64,000 bases of DNA, taken from positions 512,001 through 576,000 of the forward strand of contig JASGHJ010000002.1 of NCBI GenBank assembly GCA_047602405.1. The letters run 5' to 3'. Source of the DNA: Anaeromyxobacteraceae bacterium (GTDB lineage: Bacteria; Myxococcota; Myxococcia; Myxococcales; Anaeromyxobacteraceae). The notes under the pieces are model-generated. The model was not told the origin of the DNA. It made no database searches and worked only from the letters and a program-made list of their open reading frames with translations. Positions 29,764 through 39,919 of the stretch are shown piece by piece; position 1 is the stretch's first letter; every line of letters starts with the position of its first letter. Made by a program: the position numbers and the translations under genes.

Positions 29764-31005
29764 TCAGGGGGCGCCGCGCTGGAGGGCCGGCGGCGGGGTG
29801 AGCGCGGAGGCGCGCTCCGGGACGGCCGCCCAGGTGACCCCGAGGAAGGCGCCGACCTCGCGGAAGCTCCCCTGGATGCTCCGGTGGTCCTGGTTCCAGC
29901 GCCAGCGGAGCCCGCCCTCGAGGTCGATGCCGTCCTCCAGGCGCCGCGTCACGCGGAGCTCGGTGCCCACGGCGAGCGGCTCCCAGACCCTCCGCGAGAC
30001 GCCGTCGAAGCCGAGGACCGGCTCGTCGGGCGGCGAGGAGGCGGCCGCGTTCAGGCCGGCGCCGAGCCCCCAGTCCGGGCCGAGGCGCCAGCCGACCGCG
30101 GTCGTGGCGGTGAACGCCTTGCGGACCGCGCCGGTGACCCGGTCGATGTCCGGGGCGAAGCGCAGCCCGCCGCTGACCGTGATGCCGCTGCGGTCGGGGT
30201 CGCGCACGAAGGTGAGCTCGCCCGAGGGCGCCAGGCCGGTGACGGCCGGCTCGCCGTCGGTGCCCTCCCGGATCCCGTAGACGCCGGCCGAGGCGATCCC
30301 GCGCCAGAGCGGGGCCAGGCGGCGCTCCCAGCGCAGCCCCGCGAGCGCGAAGTCGGCGTCGCGCGCCGGGCCGTTCACCGGCCAGGTGCGCGCCGTGCGG
30401 ACCTCGGTGGTGACGGAGAGCTGATCGCGGACGGTGACGCCCTGGTCGACGAAGAGGGAGAGCCCGCGGTCCCGCTGCGGCGGGAGGACGAGGCGGCTCT
30501 GCGCGTCGAGCCCCTTCGCGTCCCCGATGAAGCCGCGGAGGGTCGCGACGGTCCGCGGCCCGAAGCGCAGCGCGACGTCGGCCTGCGCGCGCGCGTCGAG
30601 GATGTGCTGGACCTCGGAGGTCGGCGGCAGCGCGTAGGGCGAGAAGTCGGTCCAGGCGTCGGCCAGCGGGTCGAGCACCGAGCGGACGAGGCCGCCGACG
30701 AGGGTGAGGTGGAGGTCGGGGTGGGGCGCCGCGTCCCCACGGAGGAGGAGGCGGTGGTCGAGGTTGGCGTGCTTCGAGATCTCGGGCGACCAGAGCCGGG
30801 GCGCGTAGGTGGTGCGCAGCCGGAACGCGTGGCCCTCGAGCGTCGCGCCGACGGTCGGCGTGAGCTCCCCCGCCTGCCGGGTCTGTGGCGAGAGCGACTC
30901 GAGGAGGGGGGAGAGGCGGGTGCTGCGCGCCTCGGCCCGCACCGAGAGATCGAGGGCCAGGCTCGGCGCCCCGAGCGCCAGCGCGAGTGCCGCGGCCGCG
31001 ATCAT
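29764..31005 (-). CDS. Probable outer-membrane beta-barrel partner of the short OPX (EpsX/ExoB-like)
   Basis: Signal peptide, alternating amphipathic strands, aromatic C-terminal strand (AFLGVTW); 3 nt downstream of the OPX gene. Confidence 0.65.
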   Translation of the reverse strand: MIAAAALALALGAPSLALDLSVRAEARSTRLSPLLESLSPQTRQAGELTPTVGATLEGHAFRLRTTYAPRLWSPEISKHANLDHRLLLRGDAAPHPDLHLTLVGGLVRSVLDPLADAWTDFSPYALPPTSEVQHILDARAQADVALRFGPRTVATLRGFIGDAKGLDAQSRLVLPPQRDRGLSLFVDQGVTVRDQLSVTTEVRTARTWPVNGPARDADFALAGLRWERRLAPLWRGIASAGVYGIREGTDGEPAVTGLAPSGELTFVRDPDRSGITVSGGLRFAPDIDRVTGAVRKAFTATTAVGWRLGPDWGLGAGLNAAASSPPDEPVLGFDGVSRRVWEPLAVGTELRVTRRLEDGIDLEGGLRWRWNQDHRSIQGSFREVGAFLGVTWAAVPERASALTPPPALQRGAP

Positions 31006-31008
31006 CGG

Positions 31009-31638
31009 CTACTCGACCACGATGACGTCGCCGTGGCGCATCCGGAAGGTCGAGGCCGGGCGCTTGCCGGCGGCGAGGTCCCCCCAGCGGAAGCGGATCC
31101 GCACCGGGTCCGCCTTGCTCGAGAGGTCCTGGCGCAGCACGAAGATGCGGTCGTCGGCCGCGTACTGCGTGCGGCCGCCCGCGGCCGCCAGCGCGTGGAG
31201 GAGGGCGGCGCCACGCTCGAGGTCGTACGCGCCGGGGCGGGCGACCTCGCCGAGCACCGACACCTTCACCGGCCGCGCCTCCTCGACGGTGACCGTGACG
31301 ATCGGCTCCTTCACGTAGGTCTTGAACCGGCCCTCGAGGTTCTTCGCGAGCTCGGCGGGCGTGAGGTTCGCGGCCTCGACGTCCTGGAGGAACGGCATCG
31401 TCACGCGCCCGTCCTCGCGGACGCGCAGCCGGGGCGCGCTCATCGCGTCCTGGCCCCACACGCGGATGCCGATGAGATCGCCGGGCGCGACGCGGTAGGC
31501 GCCATCCTCCGCCCTGTCGGCGGAGAGCTGATCCACCCAGATGTACTTCCCGGTGGTGCCGCACGCGAAGAGTGCGGCGACGGCGAGCGCGAGCGCGGCG
31601 CGGCGCGGGAGAGCAGTGGAGGTCATGGTTGGCGGCAT
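31009..31638 (-). CDS. Short polysaccharide export lipoprotein (OPX/Wza-like, Poly_export plus SLBB, no C-terminal OM helix)
   Basis: Lipobox LFAC; YRVAPGDLIGIRVW, VREDGRVTMPF, VLGEVARPG, ALAAAGG, GDVIVVE. Start may be 31626. Confidence 0.9.
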   Translation of the reverse strand: MPPTMTSTALPRRAALALAVAALFACGTTGKYIWVDQLSADRAEDGAYRVAPGDLIGIRVWGQDAMSAPRLRVREDGRVTMPFLQDVEAANLTPAELAKNLEGRFKTYVKEPIVTVTVEEARPVKVSVLGEVARPGAYDLERGAALLHALAAAGGRTQYAADDRIFVLRQDLSSKADPVRIRFRWGDLAAGKRPASTFRMRHGDVIVVE

Positions 31639-31783
31639 CGTAGCGCGCGCGGCGCCCGGGTCACAGGGGAATGGGTCCCGGCCGGGGCGCGATCACCGTG
31701 CCGAGAGCGTGGGTCCCTCGAACGCGGCGCAGTCCGGAGGGCGGCCGCGGTGCGATACAGTCGCGCCTCCTGGAGGGGACCTC

Positions 31784-32438
31784 ATGCAGCGGATCTCGCT
31801 CTTCACGCCGGGCTCGAGCCCGAAGCACGTGCTCGCCGTCGGCGCCCACGCCGACGACATCGAGATCGGCTGCGGCGGCACGCTGCTGCGGCTCGCCGCG
31901 GAGCACCCCGACCTGCAGGTGAGCTGGGTCGTGCTCTGCTCCACCCCCGAGCGCCGGCGCGAGGCCGAGGCCTCGGCGGAGCTGTTCCTCGCGGGCGTGA
32001 AGCACCGGAACGTGGTGGTGAAGTCGCACCGCGACGGCTACCTCCCCCACGCGGGCGCGGCGGTGAAGGACGACTTCGAGTCCCTGAAGGCCCTCGGCTC
32101 GCCCGACCTCGTGCTCACCCATTACCGGGAGGACCGGCACCAGGATCACCGCGTCGTCTCCGACCTCACCTGGAACACGTGGCGGAACCACCTCGTGCTC
32201 GAGTACGAGATCCCGAAGTGGGACGGCGACCTCGGCTCGCCGAGCGTCTTCGCCGCGCTGCCGGCGGCGGTGCTCGAGCGGAAGATCGAGCTCCTCATGA
32301 AGGCGTTCCCGTCGCAGGCGACGAAGCCGTGGTTCACGCCCGATTCTGTTCCGCGCGCTGCCCCGCATCCGCGGCATGGAGTGCGTCGCGCCGGAGCGGC
32401 TCGCCGAGGCGTTCTACTGCCGCAAGGCGATGTTCTAG
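31784..32438 (+). CDS. PIG-L/LmbE family de-N-acetylase; apparent frameshift at 32342-32346 (GATTC for GATC)
   Basis: GAHADDIEIGCGG, DRHQDHR, YEIPKWDGD. Removing one T restores FTPDLFRALPRIRGMEC...AEAFYCRK*. Confidence 0.85.
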
Positions 32439-32565
32439 GCCGTCGCCGCCGACCGCGGCGCGCCCCGCGCCCCCGTTCGGGGCGTCGCGGATGTAGTACC
32501 CTCAGTGGAAACCTGCGACCCCCCCAGAACGAACGACGTGCGCCCGCCGGCCTCGCCGGGTCATC

Positions 32566-33024
32566 ATGCGCTCCTCCATGCTCCAGCGATTGCTCCCAGC
32601 GCTCGACGTCGGCCCGGCCGGCGCCGCGCTCCGCATCCTCCTCGGCCTCTCCTTCGCGGTCGTGTTGCCGCGGTTCGCACCCGGGCTCGGCGTCGCGGGC
32701 GCCGCGCTCGCCCTCGCCGCGCTGCTCTTCGGCGTGAAGGTGTTCACCGCGGTCGCGCGCCGGTTCGTGGGCGCGGGCCCCGCCGTGAAGGCGGTGTGGG
32801 AGCGGCGCCGGATGCTCGCGCGCTACCACGACTCCTACCAGTGGCGGAAGCTGACCTGGCTCGGCGCCGGCATCCTCGCGTCGCTCGCGACCGGGCCCGA
32901 GGCCGGGTGGCACGCGCCGCTCGGGGGCGCGTGCCTCGTGGCCGGGGTCGCGGCCGAGGTGGCGTGGCGCATGCTCGGCGTGGCGATGCCCACGCCGCCG
33001 GCCTCGACCGGAGGGTCTCGATGA
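32566..33024 (+). CDS. Hypothetical membrane protein
   Basis: About four hydrophobic segments; ATGA overlap with the next gene. Confidence 0.65.
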   Translation: MRSSMLQRLLPALDVGPAGAALRILLGLSFAVVLPRFAPGLGVAGAALALAALLFGVKVFTAVARRFVGAGPAVKAVWERRRMLARYHDSYQWRKLTWLGAGILASLATGPEAGWHAPLGGACLVAGVAAEVAWRMLGVAMPTPPASTGGSR

Positions 33025-34098
33025 GAGCGTCGGCGACGTTGAAGGCGGGCGACTGGGTCGAGGTGAAGAGCGCGGAGGCGATCCGCGCGACCCTCGACGC
33101 GCACGCGCAGCTCGAGGGCATGCCGTTCATGCCCGAGATGGCGCGCTTCTGCGGGCGGCGCTTCCAGGTGGCGTCGCGCGCGCACAAGAGCTGCGACACG
33201 GTCGACTACGTCGGCGGACGCCGGCTCTGGGGCGCGGTCCACCTCGAGGGCCTGCGCTGCGACGGCGAGGCGCACGGTGGCTGCCAGGCGCTCTGCCTCC
33301 TGTTCTGGAAGGAGGGCTGGCTCACGAAGGTGGACGGCCCCGGCGCCGACGCCGCCCGCGGCTTCGACGGCGCCGCGGCGCCGCTCCCGCCGGAGACGGC
33401 GCGGCTCGTCCAGCTCGGCACGCGCAAGGCCGGCGAGCCGGCCGACGCGCCGGACCCGACCTACGTCTGCCAGGCCACGCAGCTGCTCGTCGCCTCGGTG
33501 CCGCTGAAGCGGACCGACGTCCTGCAGTACGTCGAGGACTTCACCTCCGGCAACGTGGGCGTGTGGCGGATGGTCCGCGCCTTCACCTTCCTCGTCTACG
33601 AGACGCTGATCGGCGGCCGCTACGGCCTCGGCGCCCCGCTGCGCGCCCTGTACGAGCTCTGGGCGAAGCTCGTGGGGGCGCCGCCGTACCCGAGCCGCCG
33701 CGGCCTCATCCCGGCGGGGCAGAAGACCCCGCAGCGCAAGCTCGACCTCCAGGCGGGCGAGCTCGTCCGGGTGAAGCGGCTCCCGGACATCCTCGAGACC
33801 GTCGACGAGAACCTCCGCAACCGCGGCATGGGGTTCCACTCCGAGATGGTGCCCTTCACCGGGGCGACCTTCCGGGTCCTCCGGCGCATCGAGAAGCTCG
33901 TCAACGAGAAGACGGGCAAGATGATCGTGATGAAGAACGACGCGGTCATCCTGGAGGGCGCGACCTGCCAGTCGCGGTACATCAACAACTGCCGCCGGTT
34001 CTGCCCGCGCGCGGTCTACCTCTACTTCCGCGAGATTCTGGCTCGAGCGCGTCGAGGAGCCGGCCCGGGACGCCCGCGGCACGGACGCGGCGGCGTAG
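33021..34098 (+). CDS. Hypothetical protein with two tandem Cys-containing domains; apparent frameshift at 34034-34038
   Basis: GGAGG RBS; repeat 1 ends LFWKEGWLTKV and repeat 2 ends LYFREIWLERV once the extra T is removed. Confidence 0.75.
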
Positions 34099-34114
34099 GC
34101 GCGTGGAGGGACCG

Positions 34115-35260
34115 ATGAAGCACGGGGCGGCGAGCGGGGTGGGGGAGCGGGCCGGGAGGCGGGTCCTCCTGGTGTCGATCCGCAAGCTCAACTCGCACGC
34201 GGCGTGGTGCTCGAACTACGAGTTCGAGGACGTGATCGCCGGCGTGGACGACGTGGACGTGCTCGAGCTCGAGCCGGGCGGCTTCCGGCCGCAGCGGCAG
34301 CGCCTCGCCCGCAGCCTGGCCTTCCGCCGGCTCGGGAGCGGGCTGAACCCGGGCGTCGCCCAGGTCGAGGTCGCGCGCGACTACGACCTCATGATCTTCG
34401 TCTGCATGAACGTGTGGGACCTCCTCTACCTGAACGCGCTCCGCGGCTGGCGGGAGCGCTGCCGGGTGAAGGTCTGCTACATGGTCGAGTTCTACACCGG
34501 CCAGGAGACCGAGCTCGCCGGGCTGTTCGGGCTGCTCGAGGGGTTCGACCACGTCACGCAGTCGTTCGCGACGAGCGCGCTCACGGTCGCCCGGGCCTCC
34601 GGCCGGCCCTGCTCGCACGTGGCGCTCGCGGTGGACGCGCTCCGCTTCACGCCCTTCCCGTCGCCCCCGGCGCGGGTGATCGACGTGCTCAGCATCGGCC
34701 GCCGCTCCGAGCCCGCCCACCGCGCGCTGCGCGCGGACGCCCGCGAGCACGGGATTCTCTACCTGCACGACACCATCGCGGGCGCCCACGTGCACCCCAC
34801 GAACCCGGCCGAGCACCGCGAGAACTACGCGAGCCAGGCCCGCCGCGCGCGGCTGTTCGTGACCTACCCGGCGAAGTTCGCCGCCGACGAGAACCGGGGC
34901 CTCTCCGAGGTCGGCGCCCGCTACTACGAGGGGCTCGCCGCGGGCGCGGTCCTCCTCGGCAACGCGCCCGGCTCCCCGGGGTTCCGCGAGGACTTCCCCT
35001 GGGACGACGCGGTCGCCGAGCTCCGGGCCGACGGCTCCGACGCGGCCGCCACGGTGAGCGGCCTCCTCGCGCGTCCGCGGGAGCTCGACCGGCTCGCCCG
35101 GCGGAACGCGATCCACGCGCTCCGCCACCACGACTGGGCCCACCGCTGGAGGGCGATCCTGGCGCTCGCGGGGCTGCCCGTCCGGCCGGCGCTCGAGGCG
35201 CGGCTCGCGCGGCTGGAGGCGCTCGCCCGCGCGGCGGAGGCCAAGGAGGAGGCGGCATGA
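34115..35260 (+). CDS. Glycosyltransferase (CgeB/YkvP-like GT-B)
   Basis: GGAGG RBS; ARYYEGLAAGAVLLG and HDWAHRW C-terminal motifs. Confidence 0.75.
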   Translation: MKHGAASGVGERAGRRVLLVSIRKLNSHAAWCSNYEFEDVIAGVDDVDVLELEPGGFRPQRQRLARSLAFRRLGSGLNPGVAQVEVARDYDLMIFVCMNVWDLLYLNALRGWRERCRVKVCYMVEFYTGQETELAGLFGLLEGFDHVTQSFATSALTVARASGRPCSHVALAVDALRFTPFPSPPARVIDVLSIGRRSEPAHRALRADAREHGILYLHDTIAGAHVHPTNPAEHRENYASQARRARLFVTYPAKFAADENRGLSEVGARYYEGLAAGAVLLGNAPGSPGFREDFPWDDAVAELRADGSDAAATVSGLLARPRELDRLARRNAIHALRHHDWAHRWRAILALAGLPVRPALEARLARLEALARAAEAKEEAA

Positions 35261-36156
35261 AGCGGGTCCTCGTCACCGGCGCGAGCGGGTTCATCGGCCG
35301 CCATACCCTCGCGCCGCTCGTCGCGCGCGGCTTCGACGTCCACGCGGTCGGGCGCACCCGGCCGGCCGGCGCGCCGGCCGGGGTGACCTGGCACGCGGCC
35401 GACCTGCTCGCGCCCGGCGCGGCGGCGGCGCTCGTCGGCGAGGTGAAGCCGACGCACCTGCTCCACCTCGCCTGGTTCGTCGTGCCGGGCAAGCTCATCA
35501 CCGCCCCGGAGAACTTCGAGTGGGTGACCGCGAGCTTCGAGCTCGTGCGGCGCTTCCACGAGGCGGGCGGCACCCGGGTGGCGGTCTGCGGCTCCGGGTA
35601 CGAGTACGACTGGAGCTACGGCTACTGCACCGAGGGGCTGACCCCCTGCGTCCCGGACACCGTCTACGGCGCCTGCAAGCACGCGCTGCACGAGCTCGTG
35701 CGGAGCTACGCGATCGGCAAGTCGCTCAGCTGGGCCTGGCCGCGGGTCTTCTTCCTCTACGGCCCGGGCGAGCACCCGCAGCGGCTGGTCTCGTCGGTGG
35801 CCCGCGCCCTCCTCGCGGGCGAGCCCGCGAAGTCCTCCCACGGCCGCCAGATCCGCGACTACATGCACGTGCAGGACGTGGCCGACGGCCTCGCCGCGGT
35901 CCTCGACGCCGACGTGCAGGGCGCCGTGAACGTCTCGAGCGGCCAGGCCACCACCCTGCGCGAGATCGTCCTCGGCCTCGGCCGCATCACCGGCCGCCCC
36001 GAGCTCGTGCAGCTCGGCGCGCTGCCGGCCCGCGCGAACGACGTCCCGCTCGTCGTCGGCGCGAACGCGAAGGCGGCGGCGCTCGGCTGGGCGCCCCGCT
36101 ACGATCTCGAGGCGGGCCTCGCGCACACCGTCGACTGGTGGCGCGGCCAGGCCTGA
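35257..36156 (+). CDS. NAD-dependent sugar epimerase/dehydratase/reductase
   Basis: VTGASGFIG, YGACK, RDYMHVQD. Confidence 0.92.
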   Translation: MKRVLVTGASGFIGRHTLAPLVARGFDVHAVGRTRPAGAPAGVTWHAADLLAPGAAAALVGEVKPTHLLHLAWFVVPGKLITAPENFEWVTASFELVRRFHEAGGTRVAVCGSGYEYDWSYGYCTEGLTPCVPDTVYGACKHALHELVRSYAIGKSLSWAWPRVFFLYGPGEHPQRLVSSVARALLAGEPAKSSHGRQIRDYMHVQDVADGLAAVLDADVQGAVNVSSGQATTLREIVLGLGRITGRPELVQLGALPARANDVPLVVGANAKAAALGWAPRYDLEAGLAHTVDWWRGQA

Positions 36157-36184
36157 CCCGCACCTCCCCGGAGACCAAGATCCC

Positions 36185-37489
36185 ATGAGCGACATCTGCA
36201 TCCTCGGCACCGGCATGGCCGGCTTCGGCGCGGCCCACGCGCTGCGCGAGGCCGGCAAGGGCGCGCTGCTCTTCGACAAGAAGGCCCACATCGGCGGCCA
36301 CACCGCCTCGTACGTCTACGAGGGCGGCCGGTTCACCTTCGACGAGGGGCCGCACGTCTCGTTCACGAAGGACGAGCGGGTGAAGAAGATCCTCGCGGAC
36401 GCCGTGAACGGCGACTACGAGGGCTACGCCACGAAGGTGAACAACCACTGGAAGGGCCACTGGATCAAGCACCCGGCCCAGATCAACCTCCACGGCCTGC
36501 CCCCCGACCTCGTCTCGAAGATCATCGTCGACTACGTGGAGGCGAAGGCGAAGCCGCCCGCGCGGATCGACAACTACGAGCAGTGGCTGCGCGCCTCGTT
36601 CGGGAACACCTTCGCCGAGACGTTCCCGATGGAGTACACGGTCAAGTACCACACGACCACCGCCGCCAACATGTCGACCGACTGGATCGGCCCGCGGCTC
36701 TACCAGGCGAAGCTCGAGGAGATCCTGAAGGGCGCGCTCTCGCCCGCCTCGGCGGACGTCCACTACATCGAGGGCTTCCGCTACCCGCGGCGCGGCGGGT
36801 TCGTCTCCTACCTCCAGAAGTTCATGGATGCGTCCCAGGTGAAGCTGGGCCACGGGCTGAAGTCGATCCACCCGAAGGCGAAGGAGGTCCGGTTCCAGAA
36901 CGGCGCGGTGGTGCCGTACAGCCACCTCATCTCGTCGGTCCCGCTGCCCGACCTCGTGCCGACCATCGAGGGCGCCCCGAAGGACGTGCTCGACGCGGCG
37001 GCCCGCCTCGCCTGCTCGGAGGCGGTCATCGTCAACGTCGTGGTCGACCGCGCCGACCTCATCGACGCGCACTGGACCTACTTCTACGACCGCGACTTCT
37101 TCTTCACCCGCCTCTCGACCCCCCACCTCCAGTCGAAGAACAACGTCCCGCCGGGCTGCGGCTCGATCCAGGCCGAGTGCTACTACTCGCGGAAGTACCG
37201 CCCCCGCGACGTGACCCCCGAGCAGTGCATCGAGCCCGTGGTCCGGGACCTCAAGCGCTGCGGCATCATCCGGGAGACCGACAAGGTCATGTTCACGAAC
37301 GCGATGCACATCGAGTACGCGAACGTGATCTTCGACCTCGAGCGCGCGGCGGCGCTCGCGACCGTCCACGGCTTCCTCGCCGACGTCGGCATCGCCTGGT
37401 GCGGCCGCTACGGCGACTGGGAGTACATCTGGACGGACGAGTCGTTCCTGTCCGGGGAGCGGGCGGCCCGGACCGTGCTCGCCCGCTGA
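36185..37489 (+). CDS. FAD-dependent oxidoreductase, UDP-galactopyranose mutase/protoporphyrinogen oxidase-like
   Basis: ILGTGMAG, IGGH, FDEGPH, FRYPRRGG, CGRYGDWEY. Confidence 0.8.
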   Translation: MSDICILGTGMAGFGAAHALREAGKGALLFDKKAHIGGHTASYVYEGGRFTFDEGPHVSFTKDERVKKILADAVNGDYEGYATKVNNHWKGHWIKHPAQINLHGLPPDLVSKIIVDYVEAKAKPPARIDNYEQWLRASFGNTFAETFPMEYTVKYHTTTAANMSTDWIGPRLYQAKLEEILKGALSPASADVHYIEGFRYPRRGGFVSYLQKFMDASQVKLGHGLKSIHPKAKEVRFQNGAVVPYSHLISSVPLPDLVPTIEGAPKDVLDAAARLACSEAVIVNVVVDRADLIDAHWTYFYDRDFFFTRLSTPHLQSKNNVPPGCGSIQAECYYSRKYRPRDVTPEQCIEPVVRDLKRCGIIRETDKVMFTNAMHIEYANVIFDLERAAALATVHGFLADVGIAWCGRYGDWEYIWTDESFLSGERAARTVLAR

Positions 37490-37514
37490 GGGGGCGCGGC
37501 GCCGGCCCTGCCGG

Positions 37515-37541
37515 GAGGCGCCCGCGCCACGCGGGCGCCTC
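37515..37541. terminator. Hairpin between convergent genes
   Basis: GAGGCGCCCGCG-cca-CGCGGGCGCCTC. Confidence 0.6.
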
Positions 37542-37543
37542 GC

Positions 37544-39043
37544 TCAGGAGCGCTTCTTGCGGACCGTGGCGAGCAGGAGCGAGAGATTGCTCCTGCTCAT
37601 CAGGCCGACCACCATCGACGCGGCCGTGAAGAGGGCCACGAGGACCGGGATCCCGATCACGGCGTGCATGGCCGGCAGGTAGCGCCAGGCCACGCCGGAG
37701 AGGATGGCCGCGCCCGCGGCGCGGGCGACGTCCAGGAGCAGGATGGGCCCGAGCGAGCCGCGCGGCAGGAGGTAGACCACCGTCCCGAAGACGATGACCT
37801 CCGAGACCGCGAAGGCCACCACCACGCCGACGCCGCCGTTGCCCTGGTTCGCCTGGAACCAGGGGATCAGCCAGAGCTGCAGGGCCACCGCGGCGACGAC
37901 CGACACGATCTTGCCCATCGCGAACCCGAAGGACTTGCCGGCGGCGGTGATCACGTGGCCGAGGAGGACGTCGGCGAAGAGGAGGAAGAGGCCGACGCCG
38001 AAGACCTGCAGGACGTCCACGGCCGGGCCGAACTTCTGCAGGCCGTAGATGAGGCCGATGGCGAAGTCGGCGAACTCCCAGGTGCCGAGGCCGCCCAGGG
38101 CGCCGAGCCAGAGCATGGGGCGCACCGCGGCGCGCAGCTCGCGCTTGAAGGCGGGGAGGTCGTTGCTGACGCGGGACAGGCGCGGGTACCAGGCCGCGGC
38201 GATGATCATCGCGGGCGAGATGAGCGTGCCCATGATGTTCTTCGCGGCCCCGTACCAGCCGACCACCTCCCGCGGCGCGAGGTGCGAGAGCAGGATCACG
38301 TCCAGGTAGGGCTGCACCGAGACGGTGATCATCATGAGGACGATGGGGGCGCCGCCCACGAGGACCGCCTTCGCGGTGTCGCGGGAGACCTCCAGCTTGC
38401 CGGCGCCCAGGCGGGCGTAGAGCCTCAGCGCGAGGCCGGAGGCGACGAGGCCCGCCACCCCCTGGGCGATCATGACGCCGGGGACGCCCATGCCCGCGCC
38501 CAGCGCCGCGAGGGTGAGCGCGAGCACCACCGCCTTGTTCGCGACCGCGACCAGCGCGTCCTTGCCCATCTGCTCCTTGCCGCGGAAGGCCATGCCGAAG
38601 GCCTGCGCGAGCGAGAAGGGGAGGGAGGCGAGCACGAACAGGCCGGCGAGGACCCCGGTGCCGAGGCCGTAGCCCCAGGCCCAGGTGATGAGCGCGACGG
38701 GGACGACGGCGAGGGCGGCGCCGGCGGCGCGCAGCGCGAGCGAGGTGCCGAGGTAGCGGCCCACGGGCGCGCCGGCGTGGGACATCTCGCGCACGACGAA
38801 GAGGATTCGGCCCCACTCGACGACGATCAGCGTGAACTGCGACGTCGTGAGGAGCAGGAAGTAGAGGCCGAAGTCCGCGGGCCCGAGCTTGCGGCCCAGG
38901 GCCGCGGACAGGAGGACCGCGAGGACCGTCGTCGCCACCTGCCCCAGCACGAGGTTGAGGGCGTTCCTCGCGACCTTCACCCGGGAGTCGTGGTGCTCCT
39001 CGGAGAGCGCCGGGGCGCTCGCATCGGCAGGCGTGCTGGACAT
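37544..39043 (-). CDS. wzx: Wzx-type polysaccharide flippase
   Basis: About 14 TM; VARNAL..., LGPADFGLY, EVVGWYGAA, YPRLSR. Confidence 0.88.
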   Translation of the reverse strand: MSSTPADASAPALSEEHHDSRVKVARNALNLVLGQVATTVLAVLLSAALGRKLGPADFGLYFLLLTTSQFTLIVVEWGRILFVVREMSHAGAPVGRYLGTSLALRAAGAALAVVPVALITWAWGYGLGTGVLAGLFVLASLPFSLAQAFGMAFRGKEQMGKDALVAVANKAVVLALTLAALGAGMGVPGVMIAQGVAGLVASGLALRLYARLGAGKLEVSRDTAKAVLVGGAPIVLMMITVSVQPYLDVILLSHLAPREVVGWYGAAKNIMGTLISPAMIIAAAWYPRLSRVSNDLPAFKRELRAAVRPMLWLGALGGLGTWEFADFAIGLIYGLQKFGPAVDVLQVFGVGLFLLFADVLLGHVITAAGKSFGFAMGKIVSVVAAVALQLWLIPWFQANQGNGGVGVVVAFAVSEVIVFGTVVYLLPRGSLGPILLLDVARAAGAAILSGVAWRYLPAMHAVIGIPVLVALFTAASMVVGLMSRSNLSLLLATVRKKRS

Positions 39044-39302
39044 GGGCCGGGCAGGTGTACCACACGGCCCTCCGCCGGCCCCGTCCCTCGCCCCCACCAC
39101 GCGCAGGTCCCTCCTCACCCGAGGTGCGAGCCGTCCTGGCGGGCGGCGCGCATCCGTGGACCATGGTACGCGCAGGGCGACGCGCCCCGAACGGCACGCC
39201 TGTAGCCGGGCGGTGGGACGTGGGCCGGACGGGGTTTCCGGTATACCTGGGACCTCACGCAACGGGTCGGAGTGGCGCCGCGCGCGGCGGCAGGAGAAGC
39301 CG

Positions 39303-39866
39303 GTGATCTACCAGGAGACCAGCATCGCGGGCGTCTGGGTGGTCGAGCTCGACCGCAAGGCGGACGCGCGCGGCTACTTCGCGCGGGTCTTCTGCCAGGA
39401 CGAGTTCGCGAAGCGCGGCCTCGCGACCGCCGTCGACCAGGTGAACGTCGGCCACAACACGCGGCGGGGCACCCTCCGCGGGGTCCACTTCCAGTACCCG
39501 CCGCACGGCGAGGTGAAGCTCGTGCGCGCCACCCGCGGGGCCGCCCTCGACGTGGCCGTCGACCTCAGGCCCGAGAGCCCGACCTACCTCCGGCACGTCG
39601 CCGTCGAGCTCTCCGCCGAGAACGGCCGGGCGCTCTACATCCCCGAGCGCTGCGGGCACGCCTACCAGACCCTCGAGGACGGCACCGACCTCCTCTACTT
39701 CGCGAGCCGGCCGTGGGCCCCCGGATTCGACGACGGGCTCTCCCCGTTCGATCCGGCGCTCCGGATCGCCTGGCCGCTGCCGGTGACCGAGATCTCGACC
39801 AAGGACCGCGACGCGAGGCCGCTCGAGGAGAAGCGCGCGGAGCTCGAACGCAGGATGCGCAGCTGA
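39303..39866 (+). CDS. rfbC: dTDP-4-dehydrorhamnose 3,5-epimerase family (cupin)
   Basis: DARGYFAR, GTLRGVHFQ, DVAVDLRPESPTY, GHAYQTL; AGGAG RBS, GTG start. Confidence 0.92.
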   Translation: MIYQETSIAGVWVVELDRKADARGYFARVFCQDEFAKRGLATAVDQVNVGHNTRRGTLRGVHFQYPPHGEVKLVRATRGAALDVAVDLRPESPTYLRHVAVELSAENGRALYIPERCGHAYQTLEDGTDLLYFASRPWAPGFDDGLSPFDPALRIAWPLPVTEISTKDRDARPLEEKRAELERRMRS

Positions 39867-39919
39867 CCGGCGCCGGCCGCGGCCCCGGCGCGGCGGCGTC
39901 CACTCGAAGGAGCAACGGA

